A DNA stretch of 64,000 nt, taken from NCBI RefSeq assembly GCF_018977255.1, contig NW_024704769.1, forward strand, positions 4,340,001-4,404,000. Reading direction: 5' to 3'. A program made the translations under genes and the position numbers. Shown in pieces: positions 24,790 to 37,700 of this stretch. Under the pieces are notes generated by a model that saw nothing but the letters and a program-made list of their open reading frames with translations, had not been told where the DNA came from and made no database searches. How positions within the stretch are numbered: the first letter of the stretch is position 1; every line of letters begins with the position of its first letter. This DNA is from Callorhinchus milii. Lineage: Eukaryota.

Positions 24790-25110
24790 CCCTAAAGTGA
24801 GAGGACCCGGGTTGAATTCCCAGGCAGGGAGAGACCTTAGGCAAGTTTCCTTACTCCACACGCCTCTCTTTACCCAGCAATAAGTAGGAACCCACTTGTT
24901 AGTCGACTGACGGATGGATCGCTTTTCCGGGGGTAATAATCACTCAAAAAAAAGTGGTCACTCAATCCACGACTGTTTGTGGGGACGCTGCTGTGCGCAA
25001 TTGGCTGCCGCGTTTGGCCCACAAAATACACAGTCACTACAGAAATTGTGAAGCGCTCAGAGACGTCTCAACAACGTGACAAGGTGCTGTATCAAATGCA
25101 AGCATCATTG
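24790..25110 (+). mobile_element. Same tRNA-SINE family
   Basis: B-box, body and tail match the consensus. Confidence 0.8.
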
Positions 25111-26104
25111 TTGTGTGTTAAATAGCCGCCCGCCAGCCCGTGACTGGAGCTTATCCAAACTTAATACTTTTATATAATAACTGTGGATGATTGCCCGATT
25201 CCCACCAGGCGCTAGTCAGTCAGTCAGTCAGTCAGGTGCTTTGCACATGTGCGTCTGGGGAAGTTAAATCAATGCCCCAGGGGCTACTATGTTAGGTCAC
25301 AGCCCATGGAAATGTCAAGTCACAGCGAATAACCCGATTACACAGAGAAATGAGGTACGGGTTGGCTCCATTACCTCGGGGGCTGGAATGAGAGGAGAAA
25401 ATTACCGAGAGCAACGTTTGCTAAGGAACACTCAGGTCTCCAAATTGCATCTCATCTTTACCTGCACGGACATTTTGCCTTGAAGCCTGTGAAAGGAGCT
25501 GAAGAGTTCCTGGCTTCAGGCTGAAGTTTGAATGCCAGGTTGAAACTATAATTAAGAATTTTCCACAATTCTAAGCGATCTTAGCTTTGAAGATAAAACT
25601 GTTACAGGTTAAGATTAGCTGGAATAATATTATCAATAATAATCATAATAATCCTTACATTTGACACAGGGCCTTTCACATCAGGAAAATAGGAACCGGA
25701 GTAGGACATTCAGCCCCTCGAGTTGTTCTGCCCTTCTATTAGATCATGGCTGATCTGTATCTCAATGCTTTTATATAATAAACATGGACAGTTGCCTGAT
25801 TCCCACCAGGAATCAGGTGCTTTACATATATATTTTTTAGAATGTCGCAAAGCACTTCACAGGATTCACTGTAAAGTGTAGTGACTGTGTATTTTGGGGT
25901 AAAACCCAGAGGCTGATTTGCGCTCCGCAAAGTCCCCGCAAACATCCGTGAAATGAATGAATGGTGTTATCTGGGAAGAAGGAAAAGGCCACACTGTACC
26001 ACATGAATGCTATTGGGTTAGGAGAGACAGACAGAGAGAGAACCTCCCTACTTTTTCTGTGGGATGTTTAACTTAGCCGGTGAGCTCAAAGTTCCTGATC
26101 GCAG

Positions 26105-26420
26105 AAACCTAGAATCTTACAGCACAGACGGAGGCCATTTGGCCCATCGTGTTTCTGCCTGCTCTTTGAAAGAGCTGCCAACTCCCCCGCTCGTACCCCA
26201 ACTAGTCCCATTTCTTACCCCAACTAATTCCTCTCCCCCGCTGTTACCCCAACTAGTCCCACTCCCCTGCTCTTACCCGATAACCCATTCTTACCAAATT
26301 TTCCTTTTTAAGTGCCTATCCAATTCTCTTTTGAAAGCTACTATTGAATCTGCTTCCACCCACCCTTTCAGGCAGTGCATTCCAGACAGTAACAACTCTC
26401 TGTGTAAAAAAAATGTCTCC
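26105..26420 (-). mobile_element. CR1 LINE 3' fragment inside an inverted repeat
   Basis: VEADSIVAFKRELDRHL plus CR1 3' end. Confidence 0.8.
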
Positions 26421-27504
26421 TCGTTAGGTCTCCGCTCTGGTTCTTTTGATGTGGCGCTTGTACCCACAGCTTTCTGGCTCAGAAGCAAGAGCGGAATGGA
26501 CCGAGCGAGGCTGATACTCAGCTCCTAACCCAATAGAATTCATGTGGTACAGTGTGGCCTTTTCCTTCTCTCCTGCAGTCTTTGTGCTCGTGTCCATTGA
26601 CTCTGTGCCCAGAGCGTGTAAGCTGACAATTGAGTTTAGGGTTATGAACTGGAGACAAACTGTACCTTTCCGTGTAGGTACAGTGTGTGACAGTAGACAG
26701 GTACAGTGTGTGTCACCGAACATCTTGTTTCCTCCCCTCCTCTCCGTACCTGATGGAAGGTGAAAAATTAAAAAATGTGGTCACTCAATCCACAACTGTT
26801 TGTGGTGTCACAGTCACCACTTTGCTTTTCTATGCCGGTCTGTTTAAAGTACGTTCTGTAAAGTTTATGTCTTCGCTAAAAGCTTCAGTGTAAATGAGGT
26901 TAGTAATTACCGATTGGGCTCGGGGAAGCTCGGAAAGTGCTGACGTTCGGTAGAACTGGCCACACGCGTTTAAAGTAGCCCTTTAAATACGTTTTTCACG
27001 TACTTAACGTTTTTATCAGGTCTCCAAAGGCTTCGGTTGGGGTAACTTCCCATTCTAATATGCAAATGGAAGTGGACTTGACCCTTATTGGACAACTGAG
27101 GGGAGGATCTGATTGAACCATGAAAAAGGCATACCATACAATTACATTTGGGTCCCCTAATTCAGGGAGGGCCTCAATGCCCATAAAAGAACGGGCGCCA
27201 TGTGCTCGTGGGGGCTATTTTTCTACCTGATAACAACAAAGATACTTGGTCTGACTATTCATGAGTAGTAGTCAGAGGTTGGTTCTTCGTGCACTTTACA
27301 TGGACTTCATTACAAGTGGCTACTGGCGTGTGGAGTGTGATTAATGTTTAATCTCATAGTTGGTCTTGTTGACATTTATCATGTTGTTTAACATTTAATG
27401 CCGAGCATTGTGGATTTCATCGGAACAACAGTCAAATTCTGTTGAGTTTATTTAACTAGGCTTTCTCGAGCTTTCTGCATAATTCAAAGAAGGAGGGAAT
27501 ACAC

Positions 27505-27815
27505 AAGTCCTGTAGCTCAGTGGTTAGAGCACTCGCTTTGCAAGTGAGAGACCTGAGTTCAGGCAGGGCGAAACCTTGGGCAAGTTTCCTTACTCCACAC
27601 AGAGCCTAATAATAATCCCTCCAAAACCAAAAAACAATAATAAATTGGTCATTTTCAATCCACAACTGTTTGTGGGACATTTCTGTGCGCAATTGGCTGC
27701 CGCGTTCGCCCACAAATATACAGTCAATTCACTTTACAGAGTGTTCTGTGAAGCGCTTTGGGACATCCTCCCGACGTGAAAAGCGCTATATCACATGCAA
27801 GGATTATTATTATTA
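27505..27815 (+). mobile_element. tRNA-SINE short subfamily
   Basis: Nearly identical to 39440-39765; lacks the central GTTTACCTAGC..CGCTTTTC segment. Confidence 0.85.
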
Positions 27816-29124
27816 TAAACAGGTTTAGCCTCGGTCACAGATTGACTGAAGCTTCCCAATTTGCTTTAATTTAAACAGCAATTGGTAGTATCTGTCGTCG
27901 TGGAAGAACTCATTAGTCAAATTTCACCGAGTTATAGGGACTTTCATTCATTAGTGAGGATTGAACACAGAGGCCACCCAGTGCACTCCGCGAGGCAGAG
28001 CGAGCCATATCGTGGGTGTACATATAGGGGTGTAAGAACCATCTCAGTGATATGCAATTGGCTGCCGTGTTTTGCTCACAAAATACACAGTCACTACACT
28101 TTACAATATATCCTGCTTTGAGATGTCTCAACGACCATGATAAGGCGTTATATCAAATGCAAACATTTTTATTATTCTCTTTAACTTCCGTCCGAACAGG
28201 ATCTCGGTTTAACATCTCACCCGAAGGACGTCACCTCCAACAATGCGGAGCACTCTACCCCACCCAGCGCTGCATCGAAGGGTCAGCCTGGACTGTGTGT
28301 GTGTTCAAAGACCCCGATGTGGGGGGGGGCTCCAACCAGAGGTGAGAGTGCGAGGGTCCGAGCCAGACTGACACCCAAAGGCAAGGCAATAAGTGCGAGA
28401 GGGCACAAGGAAACCAAAGCTTGCTGCTTGACAATCAGCTATCACTGATGGAGGGAGAATGTCTCAACGTGTAGCAAAGTGTTATATCTCCAATTTGCAG
28501 TAACGCAGCCTTTATATAGCTCAATCCCAGGAACGTGCGAGAGGCGCTGTGCTCCGCTGTGGTCAGTGACTGTAGCCTGGGGCTTGTGTGACCATTTCCG
28601 AGTATCACCGAGCAGTAAGTGAATGTTTGGCAGCTAACAATCGGGCCTGAAGACGGGGCCGTGTAACTGGACTCACTGTATCTCCCGCTGCTTGTACAGT
28701 GTGTCAGCCGCGGCCCTGCCATACACAAGGTTATAGGATTAATGTGCTACACTGTAAACCTTCTGGTAAATAAACAACTCCACAGCAGGGCAGCCCGAGT
28801 GCCTCGGCCCCACACCGACACTCCCTGATAAGGCCTGGTATCAAATGCAAGGATTATTTTTATTATTGTTATTATGATTATGCGCTGAGTCACTGCTAAC
28901 CTGTCTTGGGTACTGTGTACCGGCCACTGCTAACCTGTGTTGGTTATCACTCACCCGTCTGGTGCCCTGCGCCCGTCTCTCCCTCCCTTCCCACTCCCCT
29001 GTGGACCCTCAGTCAGGAGTGTGGCCTTTGCATTCCATTTTGCTGCTGAATCTAAGCATAAGATTCTTGAAGACGAGATAGAAGGGGCAATAGGAGATAC
29101 AGTGGACTAGGATCCCTGAGCTCA

Positions 29125-29450
29125 CCAGTCCTTGCATTTGATGCAGCGCCTTATCACGTCGTTGAGACGTCTCAAAGCGCTTCACGGGATACACTGCAGA
29201 GGGTAGTGACTGTGTATTTTGTGGGTAAAATATGCCCAGTGGGGGCCCACAAACAGTCGTGGATTGAAGTAACTAATTTATCANTTTTTTTTGAAGGGAT
29301 TATTACCCTCAGAAAAGCGATTCACCAATCGACTAACAAACAGGTTCCTACTGACTGCTGGTAAACAAAGGCGAGTGCGTGAAGTAATGAAACTTATTTT
29401 AGGAATCGAACCCGAGGCGAGGGCTCTAACCGCTACACTACAGGATTCCA
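29125..29450 (-). mobile_element. Same tRNA-SINE family
   Basis: Tail, body and partial head match the consensus. Confidence 0.8.
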
Positions 29451-32400
29451 CATAAAAGGACTGTGGGAAGCTGGCTTCTACATGAAGGCTGAGTTTGGGA
29501 GTTTTCCACAGCTCGCTTCTAGAACAAGACGGTTTGTAGGTTTTTCAGAAGAGGCTGAATTTCAGGCCTGATCTTGTTCCCAGGACGGGTGCTGTGTGCG
29601 AGGGAGGGAGGGAGGCACAGATGGAGCATATATGCTACCTGGTGGCCATAAAGCTGTCTGCAGTTTATAAAGCTGGCCATAAAGCTATCTCCACAAGCTG
29701 CCGAAGCCCTTGTCCATGCCTTTGTCACCACAAGTACTGTACAGGATTTAGTTACTGGTAGTGATTGCTTTTGTAGCCAAACACAGTGGCCATCAATGCC
29801 AAAAAGGCCCTAGTGATAGCCATCAAGTGAATAACAGTTTGTGGGTTTATTGGCCAAGCTATGGGGGGTGGGGGGTGGGTGGGATAAGCAAGGTCTGAAC
29901 TGGCCCCAAGGTAACGTGTTTGGCAACGGAATGTCGGAATCGAGCCCCCCCCCCGTGACAGTCTCTAGTCCTGGTTCCTGAGTCAGGAGGGGCCGCAGTG
30001 TCCCAGGGCACTCACTGGTGATGACAGCACAGCCCGGCCCGGCTCATCGGCAGGACCTGGAAGTGCCGACCAGTCACTGGGGGCAGAGAGTCATCCCACT
30101 CAGCTCCTGTTAACCCTGCAGCCAAAGCCCTGATGGTTAGGGTGGTCCTCGCTGGACAAGCAGCTGGAGCTTCATGTGAGTGTGTTCCTGCAGTGTGTGT
30201 GTGAGTCCGTTCCTGCAATGTGTGTGTGAGTGCGTTCCTGCAATGTGTGTGAGTGTGAGTGTGTTCCTGCAGTGTGTGTGTGTGTGTGTGAGTGCGGGGG
30301 GAAATCTCCATGTGTAAGTGACATATCTACATGGATCTCTCAGTCTGGTTTGGAGACTCTTTCAAGTACGTTGATGGGTTTGTGCGTGTATCAGACTTAG
30401 GGTCTGACAAAAAAGTAACAGGCTGGACAGGATGCCAGAGAAACTCCCATGGCCTTGCCAATCGTGTTGCTGGATTTTTAATCAAGGGCTGGGAATGTTT
30501 CCAAACCTGTCTTGACAGCATTAACACCCTCTATGCCCAGCGGACTGTGTCTGTTCGGGAGAGACTGCTGATTTACAGGCCGGAGGGTGAGGGAGACTTT
30601 AACGAGCCAAGAGATGTCGATTAGGTAATGTTCAGGGGTGTGTCAGTGAATGTCTCTCTGCTCCCATCCTGTGCAGGAGTCTCGGTTTGCTAACACGAGT
30701 TTCCAGCGCCTTGAACCCACCTCGATCGGCCTGCGGAGAGGCAAGCCGCTGCTGATTAAACTCCGCACCTCCAACTGGTCGAACCATGGCTCAATGGGAA
30801 GGGAAGTGTCTCTTGAGCTGTGGGCAATGCTCTCACGCGTTTCATTCCGAGCCGTTGCCCACCAGGAATCTCCAGCGAGTCCCTGGTACCTGCCATCCAC
30901 CTTGTGAGGCTCAAACCCACACTTATGGATGTTAAATGGCCAACTAGTGACTGTCCTCTTTGGGGGGTGTGTGGAGGGGGTAAGTGGGGTCTCCTCGGAG
31001 CTGAACTGACCCCCAAGGTGACGCATTTGCCACGCGTGGGTGGGATGTATAGAATTCTCAGCTTGGTTTGGATGCTGTTAAGCACGGTGATGGGTTTCCA
31101 CACGTATCAAGACACCTTTGTACAAACCTACAAAGTTTATTTGATAATACTGGGAGTAAAAATTCACAAACAATAACAATCGGTACTGACTACTCTCTAT
31201 GAGGAGCTAAGATGAGAGAGCATCCCCTTTCCTCAAGTAAAGCCTTGCTGTCACCTTCAGCATCTCAAACCAGACCCATCTCCAGCCAGGCACAGACCAA
31301 GCAACAGCGGAAACACAACGGTCAAGTGTTTTCTCTCCCTCCCCCCCAACCCCACACAGTAAAACTCACATCAGTCTGATCTTTATAAATCGTATCAACT
31401 CCTAAGTTGCACATTCACCCGAGTCCCATTCAGTCTCCAATCGAACCCACTTAGATTTCTTTGCGCACCTCGTATTGATCGCCTGCTAATTGGTAACCCC
31501 ACTCCCCTGCCCTCCATTACGTTGGGACGTCCTCCCGACGTGAAAGGCGCTTCGCAAATGTAATTTTGTATTGTGTTTGTATTCCTCACGCGGTCACCGG
31601 CTGCTTTGAATTGCGGGAACCGCAGGCTACACCCATCTCCGGGTGCCCAGAAGAACTTCATTTCCTGCGATTCAATGTGATTCCGACGTTTAAGCTCCCG
31701 AGATGCTGCCACGGTGAAGACACATGTGAAAGGTGGAGTTTCCCCAGCACTACGTCTGCCTGGACTGTGAGCTCCAACCCACAGCCGTCAGGCCCAGAGG
31801 TGAGAGCATTACAAAGCCAGTCAGGCTGACACGTGATCTGGGTGCGACTGCTGTCCACAGACCTGATCACAATAACGTCACACTTAAAAACCTCGGTAAT
31901 AACCGTAATAACAGGCACACGATTCCACAAGATTCACATGATATTTCCTGCTGCGGATCTGAACCCCAGAACTCCCGCCCTCACAAGTCACGGTTATCAC
32001 TCAGTGCCCTTTAGAAACATCCTCCCGGCTCCTCTGATGGCTCAGTGGGTGAGTCAAGCCACCGGCCAGTCAGATACGATCATACAGACAGCTCTGTGCC
32101 TCAGCCAATATCTGTGCCACAGGGTTAGACGGCCTCTGCCCCCACCCTTTCGAACTCCATCCCACAGTCCCTTCTCCTCGACCCCCGCTCCCTTCTTCAA
32201 CACCCTCCTCTTCCGCCACCCTCCTACCCCCACCCTCCCTGACCTCCACCCCTCCTGATCCCAATCCCCAGCTCGGATCCAAATCCCTGACTGTCCAGCA
32301 GTTTGGGACACCCTCCTGACGTGAAAGACTCCATGTAAATGTCATTTGTTGTCCACAATCACCCACTGTGATAACAGCCACTTGGCTGAGGTATTGGAGG

Positions 32401-33526
32401 GAGCTTTGGTGGAAACATAGCACAGATACATGTCTAACTCAGCACCTCACTAACCCAATAATAAGCACAATAATAACAGCTGCCCTGACTGAGCTCAGCC
32501 CACCCTGCAGTTCCTGGAGTGTACAGCTCAGGACATCACCAGGGGTTGCTGTATGTCTGCACAGAAACCCAGGGAACAAAACATTGGTTTATTTTTTCAA
32601 TGAGTATAAAATCTGGCCATAATGAGGAAAACTAGACGTTTATAGTCCCTCAAAATATCTGATGGGTATTTCCAATCTTGGAAACAATCTTAAATAAAGC
32701 TATTTCATGATATCCCGAAGAGGTTGACTAAAATGTGCAAAGACAGCCATTGATAAAGGTGTGGGTCGAGAGGACTTGTGAAGCACTCACTCTGTGCGTG
32801 CGTGTTAATCATCAGGTCACCTAATCCAATGCAGGACTCAATTAGGTGGTGATGAACATTTTGGAACAATTTGCGAAGTGAAGGGGAGCTGAGCTGTGTG
32901 TGTGGTGTGTGTAGGGAGTCGTTCAGCTCACACCAGCATCCTTTGCACTGTGACTGGACACTGTCAAGCTTCCAGCTGCCGTTGGGAAGATACTGTACTA
33001 ACTTTTCGGGTTTATTTCCTGACTGCTCTTGACGCAGCACAGGAGAACTCCAGGCATTCCCGCTGGCTTGCGTTTCTGAAATCCAGTGTCAGGGTTCAGA
33101 AATTCCCTCCATCCCATGGGCACAGTCACCAAATCCCTCCCCGGAATTTCATTTGAAGTGCAGACCTATTTTGGGAATGCTGATGAATGACAGTGACTCG
33201 CTGATATCCCTCTCTGCCCTGTATATACTGATAACCCGTGTTGTGCTGTTCATTTATACCAAGTCCTGTTGGCTTGTACCCTCTTCAGCAATAAACTACA
33301 GCTCTTTCTTTACCTCGTCCCAGTCCCACACACACAACAATTCCTGCTTTTTGTTTTATCCTGACCACTGATGTCAGATCTCTCTGCAACCACCACCCCT
33401 TTGGGTCCCAGTCACCCGCATCCATCTCCCCGCATTTCAACACAACAGGGAATGTCAGGGCGGGGGAGTGTAGGGGGTGGGGGAAAGAGGAGAAACAAAA
33501 CTTTAGATCGTCAGCCAGACTCTGGC

Positions 33527-36502
33527 TCAGCGTTTCCATAGTCTCTTTTCCATTTCTTCCTGGATTCGGAGTCTCAAAGCTTCCCTCAGGGCAGGCTCCA
33601 GCCTGTTCCTAATGCCAATCTGCTCTGCCACTTTCTTGGGGTCATCTCCCTGTGCAGAGAGAGAAATAATAATAACCCTTGCATTTGATATAGAGCCTTA
33701 TCACGTTGACGAGACGTCTCAAAGCGCTTCACAGGATACACTGTAAAGTGTAGTGACTGTATTTTGTGGGTGAAACACGGCAGCCAATTGCGCACAGCAG
33801 CGTCCCACAAACAGTCAGGGATTGAGTGACCAAATTATTATTATTTGTTTTTTTGGAGGGAATATTACCCCCGGAAAGCGATCCACCAATCGACTAACAA
33901 GCGGGTTCCTACTTATTGCTAGGTAAACAGAACATGTGATTTAAGGAAACTTGCCTAAGGTTTTGCTCTGCCCAGGAATCTAACCCGGGTCCTCTCGCTT
34001 GCGAGGCAAATGCTCTAGCCACTATGCTAATGGACGCACCTCTCTCAGGGAAACTATACCTGATGGATGACAACAGAGGTGACTATCTTATCGTCAGCTT
34101 GAAACTCGAGGCAGAAAAGTTCTGGGTTCTGTGGCTCGGTCTCTGTCTCTGAGCTGCTCTCAGTTGAGTCTTCAACCTCGGCTCCATCTGTGGGGAAAGG
34201 TCAGTAAATTGTTTCCATTAACCAAAGCTCAGGATCGTTCATTAATAAATAATATAATAATCCTTGCATTTTGATATAGTGCTTTTCACGTCAATGGGTG
34301 ATTGTGTATATTGTGTGCTCGGGGCTGGGGTGTGGGTGAGGAGCCTAGTCAACCTAGTTTGGAGACTGTACTGCATACAAGGCCAGGCTGCTGATGATGA
34401 TGATGAAGCTTTACTGTGGCCTTAGTGGAGTCTGACTGATGTCTGCAGACACAGACCCACTGGAGGTTTCCAATTGTGAAGCCATCGAGTCAGATGTGTC
34501 CACATCCCAGACTTTGTTAAGTATATTGACTTGACACTAAGGACAGTGAAACCACAGACACTGCGTTCAGCAAGGTATCCTTCAGCAACGACAAGACCCA
34601 CAGGGAGGGGCAAAATACATTCAACACAGTACATATTAACATTTAAATTCATTCCTCTAGATGTTTCAAAGCGCTTCAGAGGATATACTGTAGAGTAATG
34701 TGGCACAGCAGTGTCCCACAGTCAGCCATGGAGTGAGTGCTAGCAGGGATGAGGGGGTTATAGCTTAAACAAATGGATCTGTTTTCACTGTAACAGATGG
34801 TTAAGAGGAGAGGTGGCAGCCTGGCGCAGTTGGTATCACTCTCACCAATGAGTTCAAGTCCCACATTGGTACTTTGAACTCCCAGTCTAGTCTGACAAGC
34901 CGAGGAAACAACAACTTGCATTTATAATGTCCTTCATCTGGGCAACATCTCGGAGTGTTTAACAGTAGCGTGGTTTGATCCTGAGTTGGAAAGGGAGAGG
35001 AGATAACCCGAAGGCACAGTTGAAGGGGAAAGTCCTCAGGGTTATTTGAACACGGAGGGAGTGAGGCAAGGAAGGAGTTGTAGTTGTAGAAATTCAGGCA
35101 AAGAGGCTGAGCGCACGGCTGACAATTATAGGCAAGTTGTCCTTACTCTTGTGCCGGGGGTGATAGACCTGGAGGTCAGGTCTTCGGGGACGGACTGGAC
35201 CTGGCGTCTGCCTTTTCTTCTGCCTCTCTTTCGCCTGCCTGACCTCCTTGTCGTAATCGTCTCTGAAAGGGGCAGAACATTCCTCATTTAGTTATTGGAT
35301 CACCAATTCAGATCACTTGTCCTTTTACCTCAGACCGTGTCTGCAATGACAATAATTACGTTTAGCCCTCCCCTCACAGCTTGGAAAAATTTGACTTGTT
35401 ACACCTTTTGTGATAATTTCCTATGACCTTTTTCTTTCCTGTCGTATTTGTGTCTTGATCACTATTTGTATTCTGACCGTTGCTCTCATCCTCTCCTTGC
35501 CTTATATCTTGTTTCCACCCTCTCCCCCCACCCTCCTCCACTTACTGGTTTAAAGCTTTTTCTACAGTCCTGTTTATCCTATCTTGGTCCCAGCCCTGAT
35601 CAGGTTCAGCCCATCCCAGCAGTACGGCTCATGCCTGTCCCAGTATTGGTGTCAGTGTCCCATGAAAGGGTGCCCCTCCTCACACCAATCTCTCAGCCAC
35701 ACCTTCACTTCCCTGATCTGTTTTATCTCTGGGCCAATTACCAGGTGACTCGGGTTACAATCCGGAGATCACCACCTCCGAGGTCCTGTTTATTAATTTA
35801 ACCGCTAGCTCTTGACGCGCCCTCAGGAGGACCTTCCTTCTTGCTCTTTCCTTCGTCGTTGGTGGATAACGACAACCGGCTCCCTCCTGCCGCTGTGAAA
35901 TAACCCTTACGCTGGCACCGGGAAGGCCACCCACCCGCCCGGACTCTCCCTCTCGACTGCAGAGGGACACCCTCGATCCCCTTAATTATATCAGAGGATT
36001 ATGCAGCACAGAACGAGGCCATTCAACCCATTGTGTGTGAAAAGAGCTATGTCCCAAACCATTCCCTTCATCCCGCCTTCCCTCTACGCTGATTGGCCGC
36101 TAGGGGAAGAATCCTGGCTCCTGAATGGCTATGGCTGCTGTCAATCACCCCGTCCTGTCATCCCACCCTCTCCGTGCTGATTGGGTGCTATGAAGAGAAT
36201 CCTGGCTGCTGAATGGCTACGGTTACTGTCAATCACCCAACCCTGTCCTCCCGCCCCCTCTCCATGCTGATTGGTGGCTAGCTGGAGAATCCTGGCTGCT
36301 GATTGGCTAATGCCGCTGTCAGTCACGTCTCGGCGAGAGGGTTGGCAAAGGGCGCCGAGCGGAGGCCGAACCTGGCGATCTGGTTGCGGCGGATGTGGCG
36401 AACGAAGCCGTGGCTCATGTCGAGCCGAGCGGATTTCGGCGCCTTGTTGTCCCGGGCGCCGGTGTGGTCGGGCTCAGGCTCCGGGTCGCTCCAAACCTCC
36501 AT
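33527..36502 (-). CDS. C2orf68: UPF0561 protein C2orf68 homolog, 4 exons, 165 aa
   Basis: Exons (minus): 36502-36372, 35262-35147, 34187-34060, 33649-33527, total 498 nt. Motifs RLDMSHGFVRHIRRNQIARDDYDKEVRQAKE, PRRPDLQVYHPRH, LFCLEFQADD..VTSVVIHQGDDP and LREALRLRIQEE match the family. Head-to-head with USP39 as in human. Confidence 0.93.
33665..34035 (-). mobile_element. tRNA(Ala)-derived SINE with L2-type 3' tail, near full length
   Basis: Pol III A-box (TAGTGGCTAGAG) and B-box (GGTTAGATTCC) head, body, and tail TGTGAAGCGCTTTGAGACG..TATCAAATGCAAGG(ATT)n. Confidence 0.85.
36085..36330. repeat. Approx. 89-bp tandem repeat x3 containing CCAAT boxes (C2orf68 intron 1)
   Basis: GCTGATTGG..AGAATCCTGGCT(C/G)CTGA(A/T)TGGCTA..CTGTCA(A/G)TCAC repeated three times. 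Confidence 0.85.
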
Positions 36503-37700
36503 CCGGCCCGTGTGCCGTGTGCCGTGCGCCGCGGGGCTGAGCGGGCGCCCAGGCGGCCAACCAGCTGCTTCCCCGGAGTGATGGAGGCGGCCGAGCCTCA
36601 CACTCCCATCACAGTGCACCTCCTGCCCTCAGCGACGCAACTGAGGACCAACAATAATCCTTACTTTTTATTTGTTGATTGTAATAATTGTAATAATAAT
36701 CTTTACTTATATTTCGGTCCGTAAAACACACAGTTATTCCACTTTACAGTTTATTCTGTGAAGCGCTCTTCGGACATCCCGAAGACTTGATGAGGCGCTG
36801 TATCCAATCTAGTGCAAGGATTATTATTAGGATTCTGTTTGGTAATTTTAATAATAATAGTAGTAATACTTACTTGCATTTGTAATTGTAATACTACCCT
36901 TTTCAGAGGAGAAACGCGGTCAAAACATAGCGAGCGCCCACCAGAAAATGATTATGCACTACTTCTTGTGATGGTGATTTAATTATTGTAATTTTTTATT
37001 TGATTTATTAAAATTTATTTAATTTATGGGTTTGTGTGTGAACTGTATTTTTCTCCACACTTAGAAATTCTACTCAAACAACGAACCAGGAGAATACCTT
37101 AATAACTTACAATGAAATCCGCTGAAGCACTTTAGGAAATCATGGGATTTAAACGTTCTGAGACGCCGTCCGGCGTGGAGGACGCTATATAAATCCAAGT
37201 TGTTGTAGTTGTTGTTCATATGATTAAATTATTATATTAAAACTCCGGGCAAGTGACAACACCTAAGAACATAAGAATTTGCTGGATGGAAGACCTTGGT
37301 CCATCCATTTTGCCTTCCATCATCCTGGCAGTCGCTGGACATGTCCCGACCCAAACTACACACTGCATATACTGCAAATTATTATTTAGTAATAGTTTAA
37401 TTGTGGTATATCCCGACGTGAGGACATATTATTTAAATAATATAACAGCTCGACCATATCCCACTGTGTTATACCCGAAGCGAAACGGTTATTAAATCAC
37501 CAGTTCAATAATCAAATTATTATTTAAACTTATCATTTAAATAATTATCGCACGAGATTATTTGGTGCCAGAAAATGATCTCCTGGGGATGGGCTGAGAC
37601 GCTGACGCTACACTGGACGATTAGCCCTCGAAGCGGCTGAAAGTGGCAACTCCGGGCGCGCGGCCGCTCGGCCTCCGGCGGGTGGCGGTGACGGTTGGTG
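36503..37700. promoter_or_regulatory. Divergent promoter region C2orf68/USP39
   Basis: Start codons 1.2 kb apart in opposite directions, CpG-rich at both ends, with an AT-rich core containing SINE fragments. Confidence 0.6.

Noticed and set aside
13600-33400. Expected neighbours VAMP5, RNF181, TMEM150A or SFTPB
   Set aside because: No recognisable exons found; ORFs here map to SINE/LINE fragments or lack splice context
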